This document shows positions 50,762-64,000 of a stretch of DNA of 64,000 nucleotides, in pieces. The notes beneath the pieces are model-generated. The model was not told the DNA's origin, did not search any database, and saw only the letters and a program-made list of their open reading frames with translations. Location: contig CAWDNZ010000005.1 in the NCBI GenBank assembly GCA_963803845.1, forward strand, positions 471,484-535,483. Direction: 5' to 3'. This DNA comes from an uncultured Acidimicrobiales bacterium (GTDB taxonomy: Bacteria; Actinomycetota; Acidimicrobiia; Acidimicrobiales; SZUA-35). Made by a program: the position numbers and the translations under genes. Each line of letters begins with the position of its first letter. The stretch's first letter is position 1.

Positions 50762-52291
50762 CTACCAGCGGTCCAGGACGTTGCGGGTGAGTTGAGCGAC
50801 GGCGGGGTCGTCGGCGAGAGCGAAGGCCCAGTCGGTCGTGCCGATCGTGACTACCTCGCCGCCGCCGGTTGAGCCAAATGGTCGACAGGTGAGAATCACG
50901 GCGTTGCCGTAGCGAACCCGAGCCAGGGAGTCCTCGCTGTTGTCGCCGTAGAGCCGGGCGGCCACGAATTCAAGATCACCCTGGTCGTTGAGCGCCGAGA
51001 TCGACAGGGGGTACTCGCCGATGCCGACGTTTGATGCCGGCACGAATGCGACCACTTCGACCTCGGGTGGCATGCCGTCGAATGGCGCGGCGATCGGCAG
51101 CTGGTAGTCGTCGAGCTGGAGCTTGCAGCCGAGTGTTTCGTAGCCGACCGCCCCATGTTTGGCGCCAAGCACGTCGCCGTAGCGGAGCCCGGTGTTCTCG
51201 AACAGCCAGTGTGTGTTGCGGTAAACCGTGAAGCCGCCCGAGCCGTTCACCACCGCCTGTCCGAACCGGTAGTAGAGGCCGAAGGCGGATCCGCCGCCCA
51301 GCACGCTCCATTCCGGGCGTCCCACGATCGGGTCACACCACATCCCGGTCATTTCTTCAGGCCGTCCGGCTGCCACCACGGGGTCCGTTTCCTGGGCGCT
51401 GTATTTGTGGCACACCATCGACTCACCCTCGTGGCGAACGTGCCAGAACATCGTGTTGCCGCTGAAGCTGGCGAAATTGCCACCCGCCTCGATGTACCGC
51501 TCGAGAGCGGCCCGTTGGGGTGCGGACCAATACTCGTCGTGACCCACGCTCAGGACCAGGTCATAGCCTTCCAGGATCGACGGGTCACGGTCGAGATCGG
51601 TGGACACTGCGAAATCGAAGCTGCGACCTTCTCGTTCGGCCCACTCGACGAAACGGCGCTCGAACGTGAACCACCCAGATGATCCGATCGCCGGCGGGTA
51701 GCCCATGGCGGCCCGGTAGTCCTGAAAGATCTGTCCGTTGGCGTCGGTCTCCTCGCCCCAGCGGGCGGGGCGGGCCTTGCGATCGTCGCGCTCGGTTTCG
51801 GGACGGCAGAGCATGCCGCGCCCAAAGGGCCGTTGGAACGAAACCTGGGTTCCGCCGGTGTACAGGCTCTTCCCACCCCAGTTGTTGTAGGCGTTCCAGG
51901 TGTTGGTTGCGAGCACCATCAGCGTGGAGGACGTTGGCTCGGCAGCACGGACGACGAAGCCCGCATGCGCAACGTCACGGCCAGCTTCGGCCCTATCGGC
52001 GGTGAGGGTGACGAGATAGAAGCCGCTGACCCAGTGATCGGGGATCTCGAACTCCAACGACACCGGCCAGGCGCAGCCGTTGGCATCGGCATCTGGTGGC
52101 GCTGGCGTGAATTGTCCCGGGCTGTCGTCGGCCTGCCAAACGGTTTCTCGACCGGCCCCCCACCGATCGACCGTTGTGCCGAACGAGCTGGCGTTCGTGG
52201 ACACGTGGAGCTGCACCGTTTCGCCGGGCTGGTAGCTCAGCTGACCGGGGTAGCACTCGATCTCGTCATAGAACGTGGGGTCATCAGCCAT
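50762..52291 (-). CDS. N,N-dimethylformamidase large-subunit-like family protein (function unknown)
   Basis: 509 aa. LVLATNTWNAYNNWGGKSLY and the overall layout resemble the DmfA2-like family. Assigned from memory only. Confidence 0.5.
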   Translation of the reverse strand: MADDPTFYDEIECYPGQLSYQPGETVQLHVSTNASSFGTTVDRWGAGRETVWQADDSPGQFTPAPPDADANGCAWPVSLEFEIPDHWVSGFYLVTLTADRAEAGRDVAHAGFVVRAAEPTSSTLMVLATNTWNAYNNWGGKSLYTGGTQVSFQRPFGRGMLCRPETERDDRKARPARWGEETDANGQIFQDYRAAMGYPPAIGSSGWFTFERRFVEWAEREGRSFDFAVSTDLDRDPSILEGYDLVLSVGHDEYWSAPQRAALERYIEAGGNFASFSGNTMFWHVRHEGESMVCHKYSAQETDPVVAAGRPEEMTGMWCDPIVGRPEWSVLGGGSAFGLYYRFGQAVVNGSGGFTVYRNTHWLFENTGLRYGDVLGAKHGAVGYETLGCKLQLDDYQLPIAAPFDGMPPEVEVVAFVPASNVGIGEYPLSISALNDQGDLEFVAARLYGDNSEDSLARVRYGNAVILTCRPFGSTGGGEVVTIGTTDWAFALADDPAVAQLTRNVLDRW

Positions 52292-52494
52292 AGGCGGAAC
52301 CTAGCGGACCGGCGGCTTGGCAGTCCTCACGAAACTCAGCCACCCGAAATTTCCAGTTGTACCGCTGGCGTGTTGAGCGCCAGGAAGATTGGCTGTCGGA
52401 TCCACGGAAGCGACTCGTGTTCGGCTGGCTCATCCATAAAGCTCCCTTCTACAATTTCCGCGGCAGGGGGTGTCATGCAACTCGAGGGACAGAA

Positions 52495-53082
52495 GTGACC
52501 AACGATCCGCTGCCCGCCAGCCCGGCGAGTGCCAAGCGGCTGCTGGGTTCAGTGCTGCGCTGCGGCTTCACCAGCGGCGTGATCGTTGAGACCGAGTTCT
52601 ACGACCAGACCGATCCGGCCAGCCACACCTTTGGAGGCGTCACTCCTCGTAACCAGCCGATGTTCGAAGCGGCCGGCCACCTGTATGTGTATCGATCCTA
52701 CGGAATCCATTGGTGCGCCAATGTTGTGGTGGGCGAGGAGGGCTACGGCAGCGCGGTGCTCATCAGAGCGGTCGAACCATTGGAGGGAATCGACGCCATG
52801 TGGGGCCGACGACCAAAAGCCCGCCGACCGACCGACCTCGCATCCGGTCCCGGCAAGCTCTGCGCCGCTCTCGGAATCAGCGGTTCACACAGCGGGAGCA
52901 ATCTGCTTGACGCCAGCAGCCAAGTGCGTTTGGAGCTGATGGATCCGCCGCAGCCGGCGTCAGTGGTCTGTGGCGTCCGGGTGGGAATCTCCAAGGCAAA
53001 GGAGCAACCGTGGCGGTTTGGTCTGGTTGGAAACCCGCATGTCTCCCTACCCCGAATCGTCGGGACTACTTCGCCTGGGTAG
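52495..53082 (+). CDS. mpg: DNA-3-methyladenine glycosylase (Mpg/AAG family)
   Basis: VETEFYDQTDPASHTFGGVTPRNQPMFEAAGHLYVYRSYGIHWCANVV is the AAG-family core. GTG 52495 was chosen. Confidence 0.85.
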   Translation: MTNDPLPASPASAKRLLGSVLRCGFTSGVIVETEFYDQTDPASHTFGGVTPRNQPMFEAAGHLYVYRSYGIHWCANVVVGEEGYGSAVLIRAVEPLEGIDAMWGRRPKARRPTDLASGPGKLCAALGISGSHSGSNLLDASSQVRLELMDPPQPASVVCGVRVGISKAKEQPWRFGLVGNPHVSLPRIVGTTSPG

Positions 53083-53128
53083 TTCTGCCCGCCCCCGGTG
53101 GGCCTATTGGGCAATTCAACCCGTTCAG

Positions 53129-54115
53129 ATGGCCTATGCCGTTGGTCGTAGATCACCTATGCCCGTTACCGAGTCACAACCAACCTGGGGAGTCACCGAT
53201 GCCGAGGTCGACGCTCCCAACCCAGGGGAGACGCCCAGCGGTCGGCCCAGCCGAGCTGTCGTGGGCGGGGTTGTGGTGGGTATCGCAACGCTGATCGGTG
53301 GGGCGATCGTGTTCAGTCGCAATGAAGCTCCGTCGTCGGAGGTGTCGTCGGTTACCAATCCTGATCTCGAGACCCTGGATCCCTCCATAACCACGGCGGT
53401 GATCACGCCGGCGTCGGGGCCCACGGTGACCGTGCCCCCGTCCACGATTGTCACCTCGCAGCCGCCGGAGACCACGCTGCCCCCAGAAACACAGCCTCCG
53501 ACCACACAGCCTCTGACCACGCTGCCCCCGACCACGCTGCCTCCGACCACGCTGCCGGCTACGGACCCTGGGGACCCGAGCGCCGTCTCCATCCCGGATG
53601 ACCAGCGCGGCGCAGTCTTTCGGAACGGCACCATCTACCTGAGCGGTGAAGTTCCGAGTCAAGCCGTATCCGATGAACTCGTCCGCCGAGTTGGTCTGGT
53701 GATCGGCCCGGAAAACGTCGTGGCAAACCACACGATTCGCCCTGGGGTTGAAGTTTCTGACACGTCGGTGCTCTTCATCGAAGACCTCGTGCTCTTCAGT
53801 CCCGGTAGTGCCGAGGTCACCGATCCGTTCAAATCGCTTCTGGACCTGGGCACACTCCTCTTCCAGGTGAATCCTGCGGTGACCATCACGGTTGAAGCGC
53901 ACACCGACAGCATCGGGCCCCAGAGCGAGAACCTTCTCCTAAGCCAGCTGAGAGCGGATGCGGTGATGGACTACTGGATTGCCGCCGGTGTTGACCCGGA
54001 TCGCATCACCGCGATCGGGCGCGGTGAGACCGAGCCTTACGCGAGCAACCGGACTTCTGAGGGACGACAGCTCAACCGCCGAGCCGAATTCACCATCTTG
54101 AACTTCCTGGGCTGA
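53129..54115 (+). CDS. membrane-anchored OmpA-family protein with Pro/Thr linker and BON-like segment
   Basis: C terminus TITVEAHTDSIGPQSENLLLSQLRADAV...GRGETEPYASNRTSEGRQLNRRAEF is the OmpA_C signature. One TM segment is present. The start is 53129 or 53159. Confidence 0.8.
   Translation: MAYAVGRRSPMPVTESQPTWGVTDAEVDAPNPGETPSGRPSRAVVGGVVVGIATLIGGAIVFSRNEAPSSEVSSVTNPDLETLDPSITTAVITPASGPTVTVPPSTIVTSQPPETTLPPETQPPTTQPLTTLPPTTLPPTTLPATDPGDPSAVSIPDDQRGAVFRNGTIYLSGEVPSQAVSDELVRRVGLVIGPENVVANHTIRPGVEVSDTSVLFIEDLVLFSPGSAEVTDPFKSLLDLGTLLFQVNPAVTITVEAHTDSIGPQSENLLLSQLRADAVMDYWIAAGVDPDRITAIGRGETEPYASNRTSEGRQLNRRAEFTILNFLG
53467..53565 (+). repeat. imperfect 15-nt tandem repeats encoding the PT-rich linker (PPTTLPPTTLPPTTLP)
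   Basis: accacgctgcc[c/t]ccg units read directly. The repeats are coding low-complexity sequence inside the OmpA-like gene. Confidence 0.7.
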
Positions 54116-54162
54116 AATGCGCCCGGCTCGCCCGAACGAACAGCCCGCAATAACAACCAGCC

Positions 54163-54915
54163 ATGTGTCCTCCCATGAAATGGAGCAGTCCAATGCCCTC
54201 TGAACCCACCTCCGCCCCAATAGGCGTCTTTTCCCGACCGGAGCCCCCTACGCCTGAGTGCCGGGCAGGCGATCGGCCGGCGGCTCCGCACCACCGGGCC
54301 CGCATTCTGGCCTTTCCCGGGCGATCCATCGTCGCCCCGGGGATCAATCCGAACTGTTCACATTCGGCCCCCGGCGAGCTCTTTGAGTATGGCCAAACGG
54401 TGCTTGTGGACCTCTTCACCCTCTCAGTGGTGGTGGACCATGTCACTGGGTTCATCGTGGCCTGGGAGGTAGATCGAGTTGGAGAGCCAACCACTGGCGC
54501 CGACGTGCGCCGCCTGGTGGATCTGTCCTTCCGCAGCCGACCCGATGCGTTGAACGGCGAGAAGCTCATCGGTGGAGGTACGTGCCTCGAGCTGGTGACA
54601 ATGGTTGGAACGCCGATGGACGGCGTCGCCAGCGACGACCGTTTTGCTGCATTCGAGGGAGAAACGGACCAGGGTTGTACCACCGCGATGGGGCGCTCGG
54701 TCTTGGACCGACTGGGCCTGGAGATCGGGATCGTGATGACCGAGCCAGCCAGCCTCGAGATGGGGGCGGTGAACGAGCTTCGATCAACACCAATCCGGCT
54801 CGCTCCCCAGATCCGGTTCTTCGCCTTGGCGGTAGCTCATGGCGTATGGCGCAACAACTACCGATTGACCTCAGGCCGCACTACCTCCGCCTACGAACGG
54901 CTCTTATTGTCCTAG
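54163..54915 (+). CDS. hypothetical protein with integrase-core (rve/DDE)-like features
   Basis: High third-position GC in this frame. TLSVVVDHVTGFIVAW resembles the rve beta-strand region. TDQG is followed after exactly 35 residues by NE (D-35-E spacing). Confidence 0.4.
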   Translation: MCPPMKWSSPMPSEPTSAPIGVFSRPEPPTPECRAGDRPAAPHHRARILAFPGRSIVAPGINPNCSHSAPGELFEYGQTVLVDLFTLSVVVDHVTGFIVAWEVDRVGEPTTGADVRRLVDLSFRSRPDALNGEKLIGGGTCLELVTMVGTPMDGVASDDRFAAFEGETDQGCTTAMGRSVLDRLGLEIGIVMTEPASLEMGAVNELRSTPIRLAPQIRFFALAVAHGVWRNNYRLTSGRTTSAYERLLLS

Positions 54916-54936
54916 GCGGCTGTTGCCTCGAGAGAC

Positions 54937-56228
54937 TCAGGGGCGGTCGAACACGATGAGCGAGAGATGTTTCTTGCCCTTGCGCACCACGGCGTACTTC
55001 CCGTGCAGCAGATCACTTGACGCAACCACGTGGTCGGCCGGGACTTTCTTGTCGTTCACGCTCAGACCGTTCTGCTTGAGCAGTCGGTTGGCTTCGCTGT
55101 TGGACGATGTGATGCCGGCCTCGGCGAGCAGCGGCACGAAGCCAGCCTCCTGACCGAGCACGGAACGGGAAGCTGAATGGCAGTCCAGTTCGCCGGCCAG
55201 CATGACCAGCGCATCGGCCGAGAGGTCTGCGACGGTGCCGCCAAAGACGGCGGCCGTGGCCTCTTGGGCGCGGGCGGTGGCTTCGGCCCCATGCACCAGG
55301 GTGGTGAGTTCTTCGGCGAGGCGATTCTGAGCCTCGCGTCGATGCGGCGCCTCGCCATGGTGGGCGACCAGTTGGCGTATCTCGTCTACCGGGAGGAGGG
55401 TGAGTTGGAGGAGCAGCTTCTCGATCTCGTCATCGTCGATCTGGATCCAAGATTGGAAGAATGCGTAGGGGGCGAACTTGGCGGCCGACAGCCAGATCGT
55501 CTCACCGCCCGCAGTCTTGCCGTATTTCGAGCCGTCCGAGCGGGTGAGGAGCGGCCAGGTGAGGCCGACGCCGGTGCCACTCACCCTTTTCGGATGAGCT
55601 CGATGCCAGTGACGATGTTGCCCCACTGGTCGGACCCTCCCATCTGCATTTCGCACCCCTCGTTCTCATACAGCCATGCGAAGTCATAGGCCTGCAGGAG
55701 CATGTAGCTGAACTCGGTGTAGGAGATCCCATCTGTGCTCTCCATTCGGGATCGGACCGACTCCTTGGCCACCATTTGATTGACGGTGATGAACTTGCCG
55801 ATGTCCCGAAGGAAGTCGAGGTAAGAGAAGCCCACGGTCCAGGCTCGGTTGTCCAAGAGCGATGCCGGGTTGTGGGCGGTGTCGAAGTCGAGGAACTGCC
55901 GGAGTTGGGGGAGCACGCCGGCGAGGTTGGCGGCCAGTTGCGCATCATCGAGAAGCGATCGTTCGGTTGCCTTGCCCGACGGGTCACCCACCATGCCGGT
56001 GGCGCCTCCCGCCAGTGCGATCACCTTGTGCCCCGCATCCTGGAAACGGCGCAGCATCAGAAGGCCCACCAGGTTGCCTACATGGAGACTGTCGGCGGTG
56101 GGATCGAAGCCTACGTAGACCTTGATGGGCCGCTCTTGCAGTCGCTCCTTCAGCGCCGCGGGGTCCGTGGAGTCATGGACGAGACCCCGAGCGTTCAGGT
56201 CATCAAAAAGTGATTGGTCAACGGTCAC
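54937..56228 (-). pseudogene. tyrS: tyrosine-tRNA ligase, reading frame broken by a 1-nt shift at 55587-55590
   Basis: The N-terminal half (GFDPTADSLHVGNL HIGH-type motif...GGSDQWGNIVTGIELIRKG*) and the C-terminal half (KRVSGTGVGLTWPLLT...KYGKTAGG... S4-like tail) lie in adjacent frames. GTG start at 56228. Confidence 0.85.
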
Positions 56229-56286
56229 GCTGCAAGTGTGCCCTACCGACCCAACACCGAGGCCGGTTATCGGGCAGAATGGCCGA

Positions 56287-56895
56287 GTGGTTGCCCCCTC
56301 ACCTCCAGCCGACCTTGATGAGCCCACTGGACCCCTCACAACGGGCCGACTGATTTTCCGATTGGTGGTGGGGGCCGTGGTTGCCGCCTCGTTCGCCGTT
56401 TGGTTCTACGCCTACAGCGGGGCTGCCGATCGCCCGCCGCCAGATGAGCTGGATTCCACCGCCCTTCACCTTGGGGCCGAGCAGGACGGCACCCAGTATC
56501 AGGAGGTGGCGGGCGAACTGGCCTTCGGTAAACGGGCCGAGGTCATCTGTCAGAGCGCCATCGACAGCTTGCCAAACGCCCGCTTCGCGGAGAGCCAGAC
56601 CGAGCGCGCCGATCAAATCCGCGCCAGCAATGTCATCCTTCGAGACATGGTGGCCGAACTTCGCGCCCTGCCGGTTGCCACCGATCGCGACAATACGCTC
56701 CGGGGTTTGTGGCTCGATGATTGGGGCATTCTCTTGACCGATCGGGACCGCTACGCCGACAACGTGGAGACCGATCCGGGCGCCATCTTCACCCTCACCG
56801 CAGTGGAGGGTGAAGAACGGCTGGAGCGACGTCTCACTCGCTTTGCCAGAACCAACCTGATGTTGCCGTGCGGAGCTCCCAGCGACCTGGGTTGA
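56287..56895 (+). CDS. hypothetical membrane-anchored protein
   Basis: Single TM segment (LIFRLVVGAVVAASFAVWFYAY) followed by a soluble domain. Start uncertain (GTG 56287). Confidence 0.45.
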   Translation: MVAPSPPADLDEPTGPLTTGRLIFRLVVGAVVAASFAVWFYAYSGAADRPPPDELDSTALHLGAEQDGTQYQEVAGELAFGKRAEVICQSAIDSLPNARFAESQTERADQIRASNVILRDMVAELRALPVATDRDNTLRGLWLDDWGILLTDRDRYADNVETDPGAIFTLTAVEGEERLERRLTRFARTNLMLPCGAPSDLG

Positions 56896-56982
56896 GGCCA
56901 TAGTGTTTACCCTGTTCAGGGACTGCCTCTTGTAGGGTGCCGGACGGGCCAAGAAATTAATCGCGGAATTTCCATCAACGCG

Positions 56983-57011
56983 TTGTGGAACCGTGCCGAT
57001 CAGAGTTATCT
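56983..57011 (+). promoter_or_regulatory. candidate rrn promoter (TTGTGG-17 nt-TTATCT) preceded by an AT-rich stretch
   Basis: Read by eye about 300 nt upstream of the 16S gene. No other support. Confidence 0.25.
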
Positions 57012-57125
57012 TTACTGTCTGCCCAACGGACGGAAGCGAAGCCTCGCGGCGAGCTACCGGCTCAATAAGCAAACCGGGCCCGCACCCGCACCTCCGAGCA
57101 ATCGTGTGCGTAACGTGCGGCCTCT

Positions 57126-57150
57126 GCACCTTGAAAACGGAATAGACGAG
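57126..57150 (+). other. 16S processing-stem 5' strand (pairs with 58918-58942)
   Basis: GCACCTTGAAAACGGAATAGACGAG is complementary at 23/25 positions to CTCGTCTATTCCGCTTTGAAGGTGC in the spacer. Confidence 0.75.
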
Positions 57151-57301
57151 AACGCAGCGTGTGCGGAGGACATGACAACCTAACCAGTCATGATCATCCG
57201 TCAATTAATACAGAAATAAGCCGCTCGGACGTGGTTTGGTAACCGCGACACCGAGCAACCGGATCAGTCAGGTTCCTTTTCCAGGGACTTGACAAGGATT
57301 C

Positions 57302-58828
<1,527 letters not shown>

Positions 58829-58917
58829 GCAGATCAGTATCACTGCCAACTGCCTAGCATTTGCTTGGCACGGTGTAGTGACTGGGTGTGCTCTACCTAG
58901 TTGACACACGTGTGCAA

Positions 58918-58942
58918 CTCGTCTATTCCGCTTTGAAGGTGC
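58918..58942 (+). other. 16S processing-stem 3' strand
   Basis: Complement of 57126-57150 (see that feature). Confidence 0.75.
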
Positions 58943-58968
58943 TGAGGGCTTTGCCCGTTGGCGCGTTT

Positions 58969-58994
58969 CTTGAGAATTGCATAGCGAGCACGAG
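58969..58994 (+). other. 23S processing-stem 5' strand (pairs with 62108-62133)
   Basis: CTTGAGAATTGCATAGCGAGCACGAG pairs with CTCGTGCTCGCTGTGGAATTATTAAG downstream of the 23S gene. The GCGAGCACGAG core is perfectly complementary. Confidence 0.7.
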
Positions 58995-59061
58995 CATCTA
59001 TTTCGATAGATGTAAATATCTTTTAATACTTCAATGAAGTTGAATAAAACATAGTTAGAAC

Positions 59062-62100
<3,039 letters not shown>

Positions 62101-62107
62101 CTAACAT

Positions 62108-62133
62108 CTCGTGCTCGCTGTGGAATTATTAAG
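62108..62133 (+). other. 23S processing-stem 3' strand
   Basis: Complement of 58969-58994 (see that feature). Confidence 0.7.
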
Positions 62134-62196
62134 AACGTGTCAGGGACACGTGGGTCATTTTGTGACCTGCGGAGGCCCATTTTGACAATCAGATTT

Positions 62197-62311
<115 letters not shown>

Positions 62312-62321
62312 TTCGTGAATC

Positions 62322-62349
62322 AGACCCCGCCCTCGTGGCGGGGTCTTTT
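62322..62349 (+). terminator. rho-independent terminator of the rrn operon
   Basis: AGACCCCGCC-ctcgt-GGCGGGGTCT followed by TTTTGCGTTTT. Confidence 0.85.
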
Positions 62350-62420
62350 GCGTTTTGGACTCCGGGCGTTCGGGTGAACGTCACCACCGAATTGGCAGCC
62401 GCGAGCCGTAGCCTTGAGCG

Positions 62421-63053
62421 GTGAGTTCTACCACTGTTGACGTAGCCGACGTTTCTTTCGGCGAAGTTGGTCCCGACACCGCCAACAAGGCTCGCAAACG
62501 CCTTGCCGATGGTGCTGGCGCATTTGAGCGGGAGCGCTTCGGTGATGCCCGTCGGATCTTGGAAGGTGTCAACCGGCTCACCCCAGATGTTCCCGAGGTC
62601 CTGGAGCTCATGGGACTCTGTGCGTACCGGATGCGACAGTGGGCCAAAGCGATCAAGGAACTCACTCGCGTCTACGAACTCACAGGTTCGGTGGATCAAC
62701 ACCCGGTCATCGCCGACTGCTACCGGGCCATGAAGAAATGGGCAGAGGTCGATCGCATCTGGGCCGAACTGGGCGCAGAGTCACCCGACCCGGCCGTGGT
62801 GGAAGAAGGTCGCATCGTCTACGCCGGCGCAAAAGCTGACCAGGGACGAATCCAGGATGGGATCCGTCTCTTGGAGAATTCACCGGCAGCACCCAAGAAA
62901 CCCAAGGTTCATCATCTGCGGCGCTGGTATGCGCTGGCTGATCTTTATGAACGCTCCGGGCAGGTGGGAAAGGCCCGACGACTCTTCGCCACCATTGCGC
63001 GGCTGGATCCCAACTTCGGCGATGCCGGCCGCCGCTCCGCCAATCTGAAATAG
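62421..63053 (+). CDS. TPR-like repeat protein
   Basis: Helical repeat pattern (WAKAIKELTRVYEL..., ADCYRAMKKWAEVDRIW..., LADLYERSGQVGKARRLFATIARLDP). GTG start. Confidence 0.55.
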   Translation: MSSTTVDVADVSFGEVGPDTANKARKRLADGAGAFERERFGDARRILEGVNRLTPDVPEVLELMGLCAYRMRQWAKAIKELTRVYELTGSVDQHPVIADCYRAMKKWAEVDRIWAELGAESPDPAVVEEGRIVYAGAKADQGRIQDGIRLLENSPAAPKKPKVHHLRRWYALADLYERSGQVGKARRLFATIARLDPNFGDAGRRSANLK

Positions 63054-63100
63054 GCCCAAACCACACGGTGGGCAGCCCGCCGTTCTACCCCTTCTTCGCA

Positions 63101-63448
63101 TTACGAGTCCGGTGGCATGAGGCCTGCGGCCAAAGCCTCCTGAATGGCGGTCTTCTGTCGCTTGAGCTGTTTAACCACGATCTTCTCCGGCCGCACGAAA
63201 ACCCGGGTCTGGATGGAACCGCCGGCGCGATAGAAGCGGCGATCCAGCGAGCCGGTCACCGCCACCGGTGTATCGGCACCGACCTTGGGGATCGACCGTT
63301 CGGGGCCGGTCCATTCCACGGGTACCGAGCGCGCCGGGGACCCATCGAGCTGGGTACGGACGTCGAAGGTGACGGCCCACTGTCCCGAGGGCAGCTCCGC
63401 AACCCGAGGCTCGCCCACCGTGATGCCCTGCAGTACGCAGATATTCAT
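63101..63448 (-). CDS. single-stranded DNA-binding (OB-fold) family protein, short, without acidic C-terminal tip
   Basis: MNICVLQGITVGEPRVAELPSGQWAVTFDV...VAVTGSLDRRFYRAGGSIQTRVFV follows the SSB OB-fold pattern. Confidence 0.55.
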   Translation of the reverse strand: MNICVLQGITVGEPRVAELPSGQWAVTFDVRTQLDGSPARSVPVEWTGPERSIPKVGADTPVAVTGSLDRRFYRAGGSIQTRVFVRPEKIVVKQLKRQKTAIQEALAAGLMPPDS

Positions 63449-63584
63449 TCTTGTTCTCCTCCACGAAGATGCCCTCGTTTGACGGCGTTGACTGTGGGGC
63501 TCAGAACCCGAGTGGGCGCATCCAGGAAAGGTGCGTCAGCAGACGAAGCACCCTACTGGCTGAGTTGGAGGTAAACAACCGTAA

Positions 63585-64000
63585 TTATCTGCTGCGAAGT
63601 CCGAGGAGCTCGGCAACTTGGTGGTCACTGGTCTCGCTGGCTACTTCAATCGGATCGAGTGGCCGAGGGGTAGTCCAGCTTGGAGCATTGGAAAACCAGG
63701 CTGTCTCGTGTTGCACCGTGAGTGCCAGAGGGAACGACGTTCCCGATCGGGGGGCGTCTTCGAAGGTGTAGGTGCAGCCCCGGGGGTCATCGTCGGCCAC
63801 CTCGACTGTCCACTCCAGGTTCTGATCACACGTCCGTAGGGTCTGGCCCTCGACCGTCAGGAAGAAGGCTGCGGGTTCGGCCGTAACGGTAACCTGCAGA
63901 CTCCCGTACACAGCGGTGGCTTGTTGAGCGGTGGCCCAATAGGTGTTCTCGACCCAGAAGAACGTTGGCAACTGGAGGAGGCTGGGCTTGCCGGTGTGGA
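63585..64000 (-). CDS. hypothetical protein; the frame stays open to the window edge
   Basis: The ORF has no stop upstream of the TTG at 63971 through nt 64000. No recognisable motif. Confidence 0.35.
   Translation of the reverse strand, partial: HTGKPSLLQLPTFFWVENTYWATAQQATAVYGSLQVTVTAEPAAFFLTVEGQTLRTCDQNLEWTVEVADDDPRGCTYTFEDAPRSGTSFPLALTVQHETAWFSNAPSWTTPRPLDPIEVASETSDHQVAELLGLRSR

Noticed and set aside
53467-53565. Tandem 15-nt repeats considered as a possible CRISPR/VNTR-type element
   Set aside because: The repeats are contiguous without spacers, in frame, and encode a Pro/Thr linker of the OmpA-like protein. This is ordinary low-complexity coding sequence.

Overview
High-GC (about 60-65% by eye) chromosomal segment from an Actinomycetota genome. 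The 16S sequence looks Acidimicrobiia-like to me, but I cannot confirm that without a database search. Most of the window is core metabolism in tight, well-supported operons. Left to right: cysC 3' end, TetR/MscS pair, acyl-CoA dehydrogenase, CDF transporter, acyl-CoA ligase, barstar-like ORF, SDR, azlDC, monomeric isocitrate dehydrogenase. Next comes a gamma-butyrobetaine/carnitine catabolic trio, a DtxR-family repressor, a membrane protein plus frameshifted AAA+ ATPase pair, and a glycolate operon (glcB-glcG-glcDEF). These are followed by HU, a copper-type periplasmic pair (Met/Asp-rich lipoprotein plus CopC), a disulfide oxidoreductase, and a visibly GC-richer USP plus P-type ATPase pair. 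A DEAD-box-like helicase with degenerate catalytic motifs sits divergent from a complete argCJBDFR-argGH cluster. The second half holds a GNAT, a DUF222/HNH endonuclease, glgX and a small accessory-looking patch (MBL-fold protein, LuxR, YndJ-DUF1990 fusion, MerR, lipoprotein) that ends at a tRNA 3'-end fragment. After that come a DMFase-like protein, mpg, an OmpA-like protein, an integrase-core-like ORF, a frameshifted tyrS, one complete rrn operon (16S-23S-5S, no spacer tRNA), and TPR, SSB-like and partial hypothetical genes. I found no CRISPR array, intact IS element, prophage or recognisable defence system, and no unambiguous novel multi-gene system. The best candidates for a second look are: (i) the DEAD-box paralogue with substituted Walker A and DEAD residues, (ii) three roughly 22-nt repeats packed upstream of glcB, (iii) the uncharacterised membrane-protein/AAA+ module, (iv) the integrase-core-like ORF wedged next to tyrS, (v) the tRNA-fragment-bounded accessory patch, and (vi) two single-nucleotide frame disruptions, one of them in essential tyrS at an A4 run. 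All homology calls come from motif recognition by eye. Starts and rRNA ends are approximate (about +/-5-30 nt).
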